Source: an uncultured Puniceicoccaceae bacterium
GTDB lineage: Bacteria; Verrucomicrobiota; Verrucomicrobiia; Opitutales; Oceanipulchritudinaceae
Assembly (NCBI GenBank): GCA_963933835.1
Contig: CAWVVV010000001.1
Coordinates: 384,001 to 448,000, forward strand
DNA length: 64,000 nt
Direction of reading: 5' to 3'
Both the position numbers and the translations under genes were made by a program. Each line of letters starts with the position of its first letter. Position 1 is the stretch's first letter. Positions 50,936 to 60,859 of the stretch are shown in pieces. The notes under the pieces were generated by a model. The model was not told where the DNA came from. It made no database searches and saw only the letters and a list, made by a program, of their open reading frames with translations.

Positions 50936-51922
50936 TCAGGCAAAAAGGCGGTTTCTAAAACGAAGTATGGCCGCTCCGAGAAAGAGCTGAATCGGATGAT
51001 AGAAGAGCAAGGGCAGTATCACAGCGCTCTGATCAGTCTCTGTAACTCCTGGAATAAAGATAGCGGCCGCGTAGGGCACACCGACAGCTAGACTCTTTTG
51101 ACTCCCGCAAAAGAACGCAGTCACACGCTCCTCTGGCTTTTGCAGTATCCATCGACTGCTCAGCCATACTAGAAACGATACCCCGATGAGCAGAATCGAG
51201 GCAGCAAGGAAGGCCTGAAAGGCGAATGTGATCCCGACTGTTTCCCACGCCTTGTCACGGAAGCTCATCGCAAAGGCTGCATAGACGATAAAGCAAATGA
51301 TCCCCTGCGTTGTGGGCTTCGCGATTGTTTTGACGGGAGCGATCCACTTTGCAAAGGGGATGCGCGCAACGTGCCCGACAAGAAGCGGGAGAAGGAGCAT
51401 GAGGCAGAGCTTCTGAAAGATCGGCCAGACCGCCGGCATCTCACCACTATGCGTTGTCGCGGTGTACCAAACAACTGCAGCCGGTACGATCAGAACACCC
51501 ATCATGTTCGAAAGGACGGTGTTAAAGACACCTCCAGCAACATCCCCATCGGCCTGACTGATAAGTGCCACAGCTGAAGAGACCGTCGTGGGTAAAACTG
51601 CCAGAAAGAACAATGCAGTGCGCAGATCTGCTGGCAGCAAATTTCCAACAATAGACAAGGCTCCTAAAACACAGAGGGGCACCCCCAGAGAAATCCAACC
51701 CTGAGTAAAAATGTGGAGGCGAGCGTTCGAGAACCCCTTGACTAGACTTTGGCTGGAAAGACCGAAACCCTGAGCGAGGAAGATAATCACTACACCAAGC
51801 TTCGTAAGAACTTCGGTGTGTAAAATGCCGCCTTTAGCACCCCATTCCGATGTCAGCCAGCCGAAGATAACCGCGGCAATGAGGCTCAATACAAAACTAT
51901 TCGCACGCACAAAATTCACCAT
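50936..51922 (-). CDS. Bile acid:sodium symporter family protein (YfeH-like)
   Basis: LPTTVSSAV, FCGSQKSLAVGVP, PLLFYHPIQL. Confidence 0.88.
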   Translation of the reverse strand: MVNFVRANSFVLSLIAAVIFGWLTSEWGAKGGILHTEVLTKLGVVIIFLAQGFGLSSQSLVKGFSNARLHIFTQGWISLGVPLCVLGALSIVGNLLPADLRTALFFLAVLPTTVSSAVALISQADGDVAGGVFNTVLSNMMGVLIVPAAVVWYTATTHSGEMPAVWPIFQKLCLMLLLPLLVGHVARIPFAKWIAPVKTIAKPTTQGIICFIVYAAFAMSFRDKAWETVGITFAFQAFLAASILLIGVSFLVWLSSRWILQKPEERVTAFFCGSQKSLAVGVPYAAAIFIPGVTETDQSAVILPLLFYHPIQLFLGAAILRFRNRLFA

Positions 51923-52004
51923 AGCCCGGCGAGAGAAGAGCATCCAAAATGGTCGCTGGCGAGCACAGGTTTACCCTACGAACCAAAGCCACTATCTAGA
52001 CGCT

Positions 52005-54602
52005 CTAAAATTGATACTTAAAGCTCACGACAGCTTCTGTCTCGGGCGCTTTCGTGATCAGTGTATTCGCACCAAAGTCTGGATCAGCGCCGAGATAGTA
52101 GTCCTCATTAAAGAGGTTCTCTATGCTCAAGTTGATCTCCACTCGCTCAGATCGCCAGCCGAGACGCGCATTGAAGACAAGCGATGAATCGATTTTTAAG
52201 GTGCGGTCATAGTTATGCCAAAAACTACTCCGATAAATGCCGCCACCGGCGATCTGAAATCCCTTCGGAAGATCATACACCGCGTAGAGCTTGAAAGAGC
52301 TTTCAGGTGCCCCCGGCACAATGAGGTCTGGATTATTCGCAAGCAACTGCGCGTCTCCCGAAACAACATCGGAATTATACAAAGCACCGCCTTCCAGTGC
52401 GACGCCGATCTCTTCGTTGTTTGCTCCCGTTGGATCCGCTAATCCCCACGGCATGGCCCGAAAGAATGGAGCTACAAGGCGCTTTGTTTCACGGTCAGAA
52501 TAGGACGCAAGCACTGTCAGTGACTCGCTCACGGCCCAGCTTAGCTCTACTTCAATACCCTCCGAGGTGTAAGGATCTTCTACCCCGCTTTGATTTGAGA
52601 AGGCAGTCTGCTCCCAGCGGTAGGCTGAAAGCGTCGCAAAGCCCCGACCATCGAGGAAGCTATACTTGAACCCTACTTCGCGCAGGCTCCCATCACCAAA
52701 GTTCGCTGCGTTTAAGACCACACCACCATCGCCGGGAACAAAAGTTGTCGTCTCCTGAATCGCTCCATAGAGTGAAAGCTCGGGAGTGAGTTTGATGACC
52801 GGATTCACGCTCCAGTTGGTGTAATCGACTTCATCGGATGCCGTTTCAAAAGGAATATCGGTTGGTCCGCCCGGCGTCTTCACTTCGAAATCCGCTCGCT
52901 CGTGACGCGTCGAAAAGATGATCGAGAACAGATCCTTGTAATCAACCTTCACTACGCCAAAGGCTGCAATCTGAAGTAAATCGGATTCTGCCGCATTTGT
53001 GCCGAGCCCTGCTCCCCCGAAGCCGCCACCCCAATAGTTGTTCTCGAAAAATGAAGGGTCGGCCTGAGCGCCGGTGAGGATAATTGAATTGGGTGAAATC
53101 CCGCTCCGGGTGATGTCACGACGGGCAAAGGGTTCGGTCCAATAGTCTTCCAACTGGATCACATGTGAGAAGCGCGTCTGCACACCGCCGATGATTTCGT
53201 AAGCGATCGCGCCGTCCGTTTCAGACGACAGGACAAAGGAAAGACGATTATCATACACTTCCTGCTCACTCCGAAAGCTGTAGCCGTAAGAAGAACGCTT
53301 ATCTGTGTTTAAGGCCTCAGCAAAAAACTTGTTCTCAATCGTCAGTGTATCTGAAACATCATACGTCAGATCGAAGAAGAAGATCGCATCTTCAGAATCC
53401 GCAAAATCGCTCGGATCGGCCAGCGCAGTGCTGCCATCTATGGGCGCAGTAAAGACGACCCCACCTAGATTGAAGTATTCTGGGGTGTAGAGATAGCCGG
53501 AAGACGTCTGAACAATATTCGGTCCTAGCCCCGCATAGGTGGCCGTCCTCACCTGAGGGTTGCTCATATCCTTCATCGCCGCCACTTGTGCGGCTGAGAG
53601 AGCTCCGGTCGTGATGGCTTCGTTGATGACCGCATCGGGCACGACCAAAGCGCGGAAGTCGGCGTTGTTTTGATTTGTGAGCCAGGAGAAATCATAAACG
53701 ACGCTATCGATCACTCCCCGATCGGCGACCCCGCCGTTGAGCGGGTTGACCAGACTTAAGGGTTCGCCGATAACATAGTCGCCCTTGTCGATGAGGTTCT
53801 GAGTGGGCCGATTCCAACCGGCATTCTCATTCGACTTAAAATCGTAATACTCCCCCCCAGCGAAGAGTCGCAAGCGGTTCGACAGTTTCACCTTCACCGC
53901 CGCATATACTGAGTAGTAATCATTGGATACGTCGTCATAAAAGCTATCCCCATCCTGCGCCGTGACAGAAACACGGAAGGCCGCGGGAACATCCCCAAGA
54001 AGTAAGGGACCGCCCACATCTACTTGGCCCTGATAAGAACCAAAAGAGCCTAGTTCGACTTCGATCGAACCACGGGACTGATCATAGTAGGGCGACTTTG
54101 GAATCATATTGGCAAAGCCTGCGACATGGGTCGCAACATACTGAGCAGGGGCCGGCCCTTTGATGATGTCCATGGCCTCGAGTGAGCCAAAGGAGGTGGG
54201 CATCGCATTCCACTGGTAGGCCCGCAGCATACCGTTGAAGTAGACCCCACCCTGCCAACCACGGATCGTCGGTGCTCCTGCAATACCGAAGAAGTTATAG
54301 CGCTCTGTGCTCGCCCCAATTTTATCGAGATCACTGAAGTCATCTATTCTGAGTTGCTTCAAGAGTGCTGGATTCAAACTTAGAACTGACCTTGGCGTGT
54401 CGAGAACGGCCATATCTTTAAAGAAGGCACCATCAACAGTACGATCCGTGGGAATCAGCGAGTCAGCGTCTTCCGCTGCAATCTCCTCGGAAATAAACGC
54501 TTCTAGTTCCGTTGGCTCCTGAGATTGAGCAGTTAAAAGTGCAGGCAGAAACCAGTACAGGGGGGCGCATTTGAGTTTTAGACTCCTAAGAGGTTTTCTC
54601 AT
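52005..54602 (-). CDS. TonB-dependent receptor
   Basis: Signal peptide, DTPRSV plug region, IIKGPA, ENLFNEDY, C-terminal YQF. Confidence 0.88.
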   Translation of the reverse strand: MRKPLRSLKLKCAPLYWFLPALLTAQSQEPTELEAFISEEIAAEDADSLIPTDRTVDGAFFKDMAVLDTPRSVLSLNPALLKQLRIDDFSDLDKIGASTERYNFFGIAGAPTIRGWQGGVYFNGMLRAYQWNAMPTSFGSLEAMDIIKGPAPAQYVATHVAGFANMIPKSPYYDQSRGSIEVELGSFGSYQGQVDVGGPLLLGDVPAAFRVSVTAQDGDSFYDDVSNDYYSVYAAVKVKLSNRLRLFAGGEYYDFKSNENAGWNRPTQNLIDKGDYVIGEPLSLVNPLNGGVADRGVIDSVVYDFSWLTNQNNADFRALVVPDAVINEAITTGALSAAQVAAMKDMSNPQVRTATYAGLGPNIVQTSSGYLYTPEYFNLGGVVFTAPIDGSTALADPSDFADSEDAIFFFDLTYDVSDTLTIENKFFAEALNTDKRSSYGYSFRSEQEVYDNRLSFVLSSETDGAIAYEIIGGVQTRFSHVIQLEDYWTEPFARRDITRSGISPNSIILTGAQADPSFFENNYWGGGFGGAGLGTNAAESDLLQIAAFGVVKVDYKDLFSIIFSTRHERADFEVKTPGGPTDIPFETASDEVDYTNWSVNPVIKLTPELSLYGAIQETTTFVPGDGGVVLNAANFGDGSLREVGFKYSFLDGRGFATLSAYRWEQTAFSNQSGVEDPYTSEGIEVELSWAVSESLTVLASYSDRETKRLVAPFFRAMPWGLADPTGANNEEIGVALEGGALYNSDVVSGDAQLLANNPDLIVPGAPESSFKLYAVYDLPKGFQIAGGGIYRSSFWHNYDRTLKIDSSLVFNARLGWRSERVEINLSIENLFNEDYYLGADPDFGANTLITKAPETEAVVSFKYQF

Positions 54603-54696
54603 AATCACCGCAATACGTAGCGAACGAAGCGGGTGCAATGAAAATGCCTTTCCTAGCAATTCATCCGTTCGCCAGAAAAGCTAATAACTTAGCGCT

Positions 54697-55062
54697 ATGC
54701 ATCACTCACTCGACAACTCCACTCCCGTAAATCGCTGGGACAACAGCGACCCACCATGCTTGACGATCGACCCCGGCGACCGGCTTACCCTTGAAATGCA
54801 CGACGCGAGCGGAGGCTAAGTGAATCCTGGGATGGACGGCGCACTTTTCACAAGCTTGCTTAGAAATGGGCAGATCAGCATAAGCAAACCCGTGTATCCT
54901 CTTAGCCCCATTGTATATCGACTTACCGGAAGCGTCTTCGTCTCTCTGCTCGTAGCTTCCAGTCTCTTAGCAGATGCGCCGCGCGACATCGGTCCAGACT
55001 ACCCTACATCTGGGCACATCGAACGCCTCGATCCGTGCCTCGATGCACTGTTCTCTACATGA
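54697..55062 (+). pseudogene. Fused remnants: acetamidase/formamidase N-terminus and SMP-30/gluconolactonase-like N-terminus
   Basis: NRWDNSDPPCLTIDPGDRLTLEMHDASGG* (TAA 54817-54819), then in frame a signal peptide and GHIERLDPCLDAL*. Confidence 0.6.
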
Positions 55063-55205
55063 CCGCCAACCATAGCCTCCGCCGCATTGAGCTGCTACCA
55101 TACGAGGCTGAAGCCACAGGTCATTGATCACCGAGCAGAAAGCTCTCCAACTGACATCACCTTCGACTTGCTTTACAGCCCATTTTTATTTCCCCTCCTC
55201 TTGAG

Positions 55206-55466
55206 ATGAAAAGCGCCTCCAACTCATCGCAGCCCGAAGCAAAGGCCGCCCGATCCAAGGCGCTCGAATGGGTCTGCGAGAACGTGATCCCCAATTGCGA
55301 CAAGGCAATCGCTCTGGTTGAAAAAGGCATCGAGGAGCCCCTTACGAGCGGAAACAAGCTATCGCTCAAGTACCACAAGCGCCTCTGCCCTTTCTGCGGC
55401 TGTAACGAGGGGAAGTTCACCTCACTGCTTGAGCGCTACAAAGCGGTCGATGCAGAGCGGGGGTAA
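55206..55466 (+). CDS. Small protein with an anti-sigma-like zinc-finger (HxxxCxxC) motif
   Basis: NCDKAIALVEK...LKYHKRLCPFC. Confidence 0.55.
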   Translation: MKSASNSSQPEAKAARSKALEWVCENVIPNCDKAIALVEKGIEEPLTSGNKLSLKYHKRLCPFCGCNEGKFTSLLERYKAVDAERG

Positions 55467-55491
55467 CCCAATTCTTCCTAGGGCCCTAGGT

Positions 55492-55529
55492 AAAAAAAAG
55501 CCCCACCGCTCAAAGAGCAGTAGGGCTTT
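55492..55529 (-). terminator. Intrinsic terminator after the P-II gene, at a convergent junction
   Basis: AAAGCCC..GCTC/GAGC..GGGCTTT with an A8 tract. Confidence 0.65.
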
Positions 55530-55564
55530 GCAGGAAAAATCCTGTTATCGAAGCTGAGAGCGAA

Positions 55565-55921
<357 letters not shown>

Positions 55922-55956
55922 TTAGGATTCCAATTAATGGATACGCAAGTTTCGAG

Positions 55957-57345
55957 TTACCCGTTTGTAGAGGTTTGGAAGTCTGGGTAGGCTTCCTGCC
56001 CATGTTCGCCAATATCGAGGCCGCCGAACTCTTCTTCTTCAGAGACTCGGATGCCAAGAACCATCTTAATGATAAAGAAGATGATGAATGACGAAACGAA
56101 GGCAAAGGCGGAGATCGAAACCGTTCCGATTGCCTGCGAGAGGAGTGAACCGCCACCGAAGATACCAACGGCCAACGTTCCCCAGATACCACAAACACCG
56201 TGAACGGAGATCGCGCCGACCGGATCATCAATCTTGATTTTGTCAAAGAAGATGATCGCAGCTACGACAAGGACGCCAGCGATCGCACCGACAAGAACAG
56301 CGCTCCATGGGCCCATGCTGTCAGCACCCGCCGTAATGCCTACCAGACCAGCGAGGATGCCATTGAGAGACATCGAGAGGTCAGGCTTCTTCAGAACGAT
56401 CCAAGAAGTGCACATCGTGGCGAGTCCACCGGCAGCTGCTGCCATCCCAGTAGTGACAAAGACGAGAGAGACCAGTGCTGGGTCAGCACTAAGAACCGAA
56501 CCGCCGTTAAACCCAAACCAGCCGAGGAAGAGAAGGAAAACACCGATCGTTGCCAAAGGCATACTGTGACCGAGGATCGGCTTCACTCTACCACCTGGGA
56601 GATACTTCCCTTTTCTTGGCCCAAGCAGGATGACCGCAGCGAGGGCAGCAAAACCACCGAAGGCGTGGACAAGAGAGGATCCAGCAAAGTCGACGAAAGG
56701 TGTTTCTAGTTTATTCAACCAACCAGAGTCACCGCCCCATTCCCAAGAACCCGTGATTGGGTAGGCAAACATCACGAGGAGGGTCGCTCCAATCATGAAC
56801 GAACCGAGCTTGATCCGCTCAGCAACCGCACCGGAAACGATCGTCGCGGCTGTAGCCGCGAACATCGCTTGGAAGATAAAATCGGACCAAGCAGTGTAGT
56901 CAGCGTAGGCCGATGTCATGTTGCCGGTAAAATCACCGAAATCTGTCGCGTTCGGAATCATGCTGCCGGCAGCAAAGAAGCCATTGAATTCACCGGGATA
57001 CATCGCATTAAAGCCCCACAGTGCATAGGTCAGGGGGCCCATGCAGATCACGAAAACATTCTTAAAGAGAACATTGACCGTATTCTTTGAGCGAGTGAGA
57101 CCGGACTCAACCGTGGCGAAACCAAGGTGCATAATGAACACCAGCGCTGCCGCGATCAAGATCCAGAGGTTATCGACGATGAACTTAGCATCGGCCCCAG
57201 AAATAACTGGAGCGGCTTCTTCAACCGCTTCGGTTACAGCTTCGACGATTTCTACCGCGTCCTGTCCTTGGACAATACTCGGAATACTCAGGAGGAGCCC
57301 GAGACTAAGCCACTTCCACAATTTATGCCGTATCAGTTTCTTCAT
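55957..57345 (-). CDS. amtB: Ammonium transporter
   Basis: FQAMFAATAATIVSGAVAER, DFAGS..VH, GWFGFNGGS, DDPVGAISVHG. Confidence 0.95.
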   Translation of the reverse strand: MKKLIRHKLWKWLSLGLLLSIPSIVQGQDAVEIVEAVTEAVEEAAPVISGADAKFIVDNLWILIAAALVFIMHLGFATVESGLTRSKNTVNVLFKNVFVICMGPLTYALWGFNAMYPGEFNGFFAAGSMIPNATDFGDFTGNMTSAYADYTAWSDFIFQAMFAATAATIVSGAVAERIKLGSFMIGATLLVMFAYPITGSWEWGGDSGWLNKLETPFVDFAGSSLVHAFGGFAALAAVILLGPRKGKYLPGGRVKPILGHSMPLATIGVFLLFLGWFGFNGGSVLSADPALVSLVFVTTGMAAAAGGLATMCTSWIVLKKPDLSMSLNGILAGLVGITAGADSMGPWSAVLVGAIAGVLVVAAIIFFDKIKIDDPVGAISVHGVCGIWGTLAVGIFGGGSLLSQAIGTVSISAFAFVSSFIIFFIIKMVLGIRVSEEEEFGGLDIGEHGQEAYPDFQTSTNG

Positions 57346-57405
57346 AATAGCGTTTTCTAATTTTTATTGGTGAGGTTGAAATTCAGACACCTAGACGGAC
57401 CATTC

Positions 57406-57422
57406 AGCATTCAATATGCCAA
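57406..57422 (-). promoter_or_regulatory. Sigma-54 (-24/-12) promoter of amtB-glnB
   Basis: Minus strand TTGGCATATTGAATGCT, which is GG-N10-GC, about 60 bp upstream of the amtB ATG. Confidence 0.75.
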
Positions 57423-57579
57423 CCCGTAGAATAGTCCTCTGAAGTTAGAAACTCTTCCGTTTTATCGCAGAGTTTTAGAAGCCGTGCAGGATGCCTTTCC
57501 TGATGCCCGTCGCCCGTGGCCCCCTGTTTCAGAGGGATCAGTCGATGCTGACTCGTCCGCGACGAACAATTTTTGCGAC

Positions 57580-57610
57580 AAAAAAGCCCGCCTCCTAATC
57601 GGAGGCGGGC
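57580..57610 (-). terminator. Intrinsic terminator of aspS
   Basis: GCCCGCCTCC/GGAGGCGGGC stem plus U-tract. Confidence 0.85.
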
Positions 57611-57636
57611 CATGAAAAAACTTATACAGCAGGTGC

Positions 57637-59433
57637 TTAGGAAGCGTCTTCGGGGTCGATCGGCTGAATATGGAGATCGCTAAGCTGCTTCTCGGTCGCT
57701 GGGCCGGGCGCCTCAGACATAAGATCCTGTCCTTTTTGCGTCTTCGGAAAAGCGATCAAATCGCGGATATGCGGGCGCTTGGCCAAAATCGAAACCATCC
57801 GGTCGAAGCCAACTGCGATTCCACCATGCGGAGGGGCTCCATAGGAAAATGCTTTGAGCATGTAGCCAAAGCGCTCTTCTACGACATCCTTGGGAATCTT
57901 GAGGAAATCCTCGAAGACCTTACGCTGGAGCTCCGGCTGGTGAATACGAATCGAGCCGCCGGCGATTTCCCAGCCGTTGAGCACGCAGTCGTAGTGTTGG
58001 CCACGAACGGCTTTCGGATCGGTGTCGAGCAGTGCGGCATCTTCCGGCACCGGCGAGGTGAACGGGTGGTGCGCCGCCACATAGCGACCTTCATCCTCAT
58101 CCATGAGCATGAGCGGGAACTCGATGACCCAGAGAAAGTTATACTGGTCGGACGAAATTTCGAGGCGACCGCGCTGCACGAGGAGCTTGGAAGCATCGAG
58201 ACGAATGCGGCCGAGAATAGCACAAGCGCGCTCCCACTCTGCCGCCGCGAAGAGGACGAGGTCGCCGTTCTCCATCTGCAGTTTTTCCTTCAACGCCGCT
58301 TTTTCTTCTTCGCTGAAGAATTTCAGAATCGGCGATTTCCACTCCCCTTCCGGGGTCACTCGGATGAAGGCAAGTCCCTTAGCACCAAGGCTTTTGGCGG
58401 TGTTTTCGAGATCACGAATCTCGCCTTGGGTCGCATCGCTGAGGCCCTTGGCATTGAATGCCTTGATCACGCCGCCGCTGGCAATGACGCCTGCGAAGAC
58501 CTTGAACGAGCTTGCCTTGAAAACGTCTTCGAGATCAACCAGCTCCATCTCGAAGCGGGTTTCCGGCTTATCCACTCCATAGCGGTTCATCGCGTCATGG
58601 TAGGAAAGGCGCGGGAACGGCGTCGGGAGGTCGACATCGAGGACGTTCTTCCAGATCCGTTTCATCAGACCCTCGATGAGCGCATACATGTCCTCGCGAT
58701 CGATGAAGGAGAGTTCGAGGTCGATCTGGGTAAATTCAGGCTGGCGGTCGGAGCGAAGGTCTTCGTCGCGGAAACAGCGGGCCAACTGGTAGTAGCGCTC
58801 GACCCCAGCGACCATGAGCATCTGCTTGTACTGCTGCGGGCTCTGCGCGAGGGCGTAGAAATCACCCGCATTCATACGACTAGGAACGAGAAATTCGCGG
58901 GCTCCTTCCGGCGTGCTCTTAAAAAGGTAGGGGGTCTCGATTTCGAGGAAGCCTTCTTCATCGAGGAAATCGCGGGTCGCTTTCGCTGCCTTACTCCGGA
59001 GGAGCAAGTTGTTATACATGCTCGGGCGACGGAGGTCGAGGTAGCGGTATTGAAGGCGGAGGTCTTCGTTAACCTTCTGGGCCTTCTCATCTTCGAGCGG
59101 AAAGGGAGGGGTGTCGGAAATGTTGAGAACTTCGAGTTCCGTCACTTGTAGTTCCACCTCACCGGTCGGAAGCTTCTGGTTCGCCTCTTCGTCGCCACGG
59201 GCTGTCACAACGCCCGTCACCGCGATGACAGACTCGGGCTTTAGTTTCCCAAGGGCCTCGGCGTAGGACGTATTCTGAGGATCAAAAACTATCTGGGTAA
59301 GTCCTTCACGATCACGCAGATCGGCAAAGGAGATACCACCGTGATCGCGGATCGAATCAATCCAGCCCATTAAAGTGGCTGTTGTTTCGACGTCGGATTT
59401 GCGCAATGCGCTGCAATGATGGGAGCGTTTCAT
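57637..59433 (-). CDS. aspS: Aspartate--tRNA ligase (probably non-discriminating)
   Basis: RDHGG, RYLDLRR, STPEGAR, QSPQ, CFRDEDLR.DRQPEFTQ, GGSIRIH, GAPPHGG. Confidence 0.96.
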   Translation of the reverse strand: MKRSHHCSALRKSDVETTATLMGWIDSIRDHGGISFADLRDREGLTQIVFDPQNTSYAEALGKLKPESVIAVTGVVTARGDEEANQKLPTGEVELQVTELEVLNISDTPPFPLEDEKAQKVNEDLRLQYRYLDLRRPSMYNNLLLRSKAAKATRDFLDEEGFLEIETPYLFKSTPEGAREFLVPSRMNAGDFYALAQSPQQYKQMLMVAGVERYYQLARCFRDEDLRSDRQPEFTQIDLELSFIDREDMYALIEGLMKRIWKNVLDVDLPTPFPRLSYHDAMNRYGVDKPETRFEMELVDLEDVFKASSFKVFAGVIASGGVIKAFNAKGLSDATQGEIRDLENTAKSLGAKGLAFIRVTPEGEWKSPILKFFSEEEKAALKEKLQMENGDLVLFAAAEWERACAILGRIRLDASKLLVQRGRLEISSDQYNFLWVIEFPLMLMDEDEGRYVAAHHPFTSPVPEDAALLDTDPKAVRGQHYDCVLNGWEIAGGSIRIHQPELQRKVFEDFLKIPKDVVEERFGYMLKAFSYGAPPHGGIAVGFDRMVSILAKRPHIRDLIAFPKTQKGQDLMSEAPGPATEKQLSDLHIQPIDPEDAS

Positions 59434-59537
59434 GGGCCTCAGTGAGGTTTTGAGAAAAACGACGAAGTTGGCACTCCCCCCAAGCGGGGCAAGGGAAAAG
59501 CGGGAAGCAGCCACGCCGAGTAGCGCTATCTTCGGTC

Positions 59538-59572
59538 AAAAAAAGCCCCCGCTCCGAATTCGGAGCGAGGGC
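59538..59572 (-). terminator. Intrinsic terminator
   Basis: GCCCCCGCTCCG-AATT-CGGAGCGAGGGC plus A7 tract. Confidence 0.75.
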
Positions 59573-59607
59573 GCAAAACTTGTGTGCCTATCTTCTGGGC
59601 AACGACT

Positions 59608-60726
59608 CTAGTTTGAAATCCAAGCGGAGTTCTCCAGATCGTAGAACCAACGCAGGCCTTCGCTCTCACTGAGAGGCTGTGGAAAGCGGTAGAACCATGA
59701 ACCGGTCGACGAGCTAAAGACGAATGGATTCGAGGTCGATGAGGTCCAGAGCCAGCCCATTGTCTGATCGAAGTACCAAAGATGATTCTCTCTCTGATCC
59801 TCCATCTCATACCAGAGCCAGCCGATGTCGGAGTGGAAGTTCCAGCCTGAGCTTGGATCGTCATAGAATACACCGAACCAACTGCTTTCCTTCCAGTCGT
59901 CGACGAAGTGGACGAGCTGAATGTCAGCCACCTCAAAGCGAGCGGCGTAGGCAGCGTTGTCGAGGATCTGGTAGCCGCGATCTGCTGGCAAGAGGCTCGA
60001 GAGCCCGACGACGTCGAGGATCAGATCCTCTGGGTCATTCGCGGCCTCATGCAGTGCGTATTCACTCGCACTGCTGCGGAGCAAGCCCAGGAGAATCGCA
60101 CTATCTGACCACTCGAGGAAGTTGTCATTCGGTGGTGACTTGAAGCCCAATGTCGGCGTGATCACCGCACCACTCGGAGTGGAGATGTTACCAACATCCA
60201 AGATGAAGTAGGCAATGAAGGTCTCGCGGGCCAGGGCACGGAAGCGTGAGCGAGCCGTGGTCTGATTTTGAGCATCGATCGCCTCGCCATACTTCCTCAA
60301 CCAGAGATCAGCAATAAAGGCGTCGATCTCAGTTGTCGGAGCAGCGGCATTTGGCAGCGATGCACCATAAGTGGACTCGAAGGTCGGCAAGAGCAGTTCA
60401 ACAATCACTGTCACAGCGCTCGCACGCTCAGCATTGTCGAGCGGCGCAAAGTCCGCCGAGGCTGCCTGTGATACGAGGCGCACGCCTGCTTCTAGTTCCG
60501 AACGCGTCGGCCAAGCCTTCGTTGTCGTCGATCCGTTGCCATCATCCACCTCAACTTGACCGAGGAGGTTGTAAGCAAGGAGCATCGAACCCTCCGCGAG
60601 AAATGCCTTCTCCCGGGGAATCGAACGCGCATTGCGACTTTGAACTGACTCATCTGACGAGACCCGTCCAAGACTCTGTACTTCAATTGACATACCGAAC
60701 TTACCTGAAATAAAACGGCCCGCCAT
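59608..60726 (-). CDS. Hypothetical protein with C-terminal Trp/Gly-rich repeats
   Basis: WKESSWFG, WNFHSDIGWLW, WYFDQTMGWLWT. Confidence 0.6.
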   Translation of the reverse strand: MAGRFISGKFGMSIEVQSLGRVSSDESVQSRNARSIPREKAFLAEGSMLLAYNLLGQVEVDDGNGSTTTKAWPTRSELEAGVRLVSQAASADFAPLDNAERASAVTVIVELLLPTFESTYGASLPNAAAPTTEIDAFIADLWLRKYGEAIDAQNQTTARSRFRALARETFIAYFILDVGNISTPSGAVITPTLGFKSPPNDNFLEWSDSAILLGLLRSSASEYALHEAANDPEDLILDVVGLSSLLPADRGYQILDNAAYAARFEVADIQLVHFVDDWKESSWFGVFYDDPSSGWNFHSDIGWLWYEMEDQRENHLWYFDQTMGWLWTSSTSNPFVFSSSTGSWFYRFPQPLSESEGLRWFYDLENSAWISN

Positions 60727-60859
60727 CGACAGACTTTAGGTTCACTTGAGTGGATTTTTGTTAAAAAAAATCCACATAGATCAGCGTCCTGTCCCTTTTA
60801 CCAAGAAATTACCCGAAGAACCGCTTGCCCCTGTCGTTTGAGCGCCGGATAGTCGAGAG

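Noticed and set aside
57670..59151. 493-aa ORF antisense to aspS
   Set aside because: Shadow ORF caused by codon bias of a conserved gene; no motifs.
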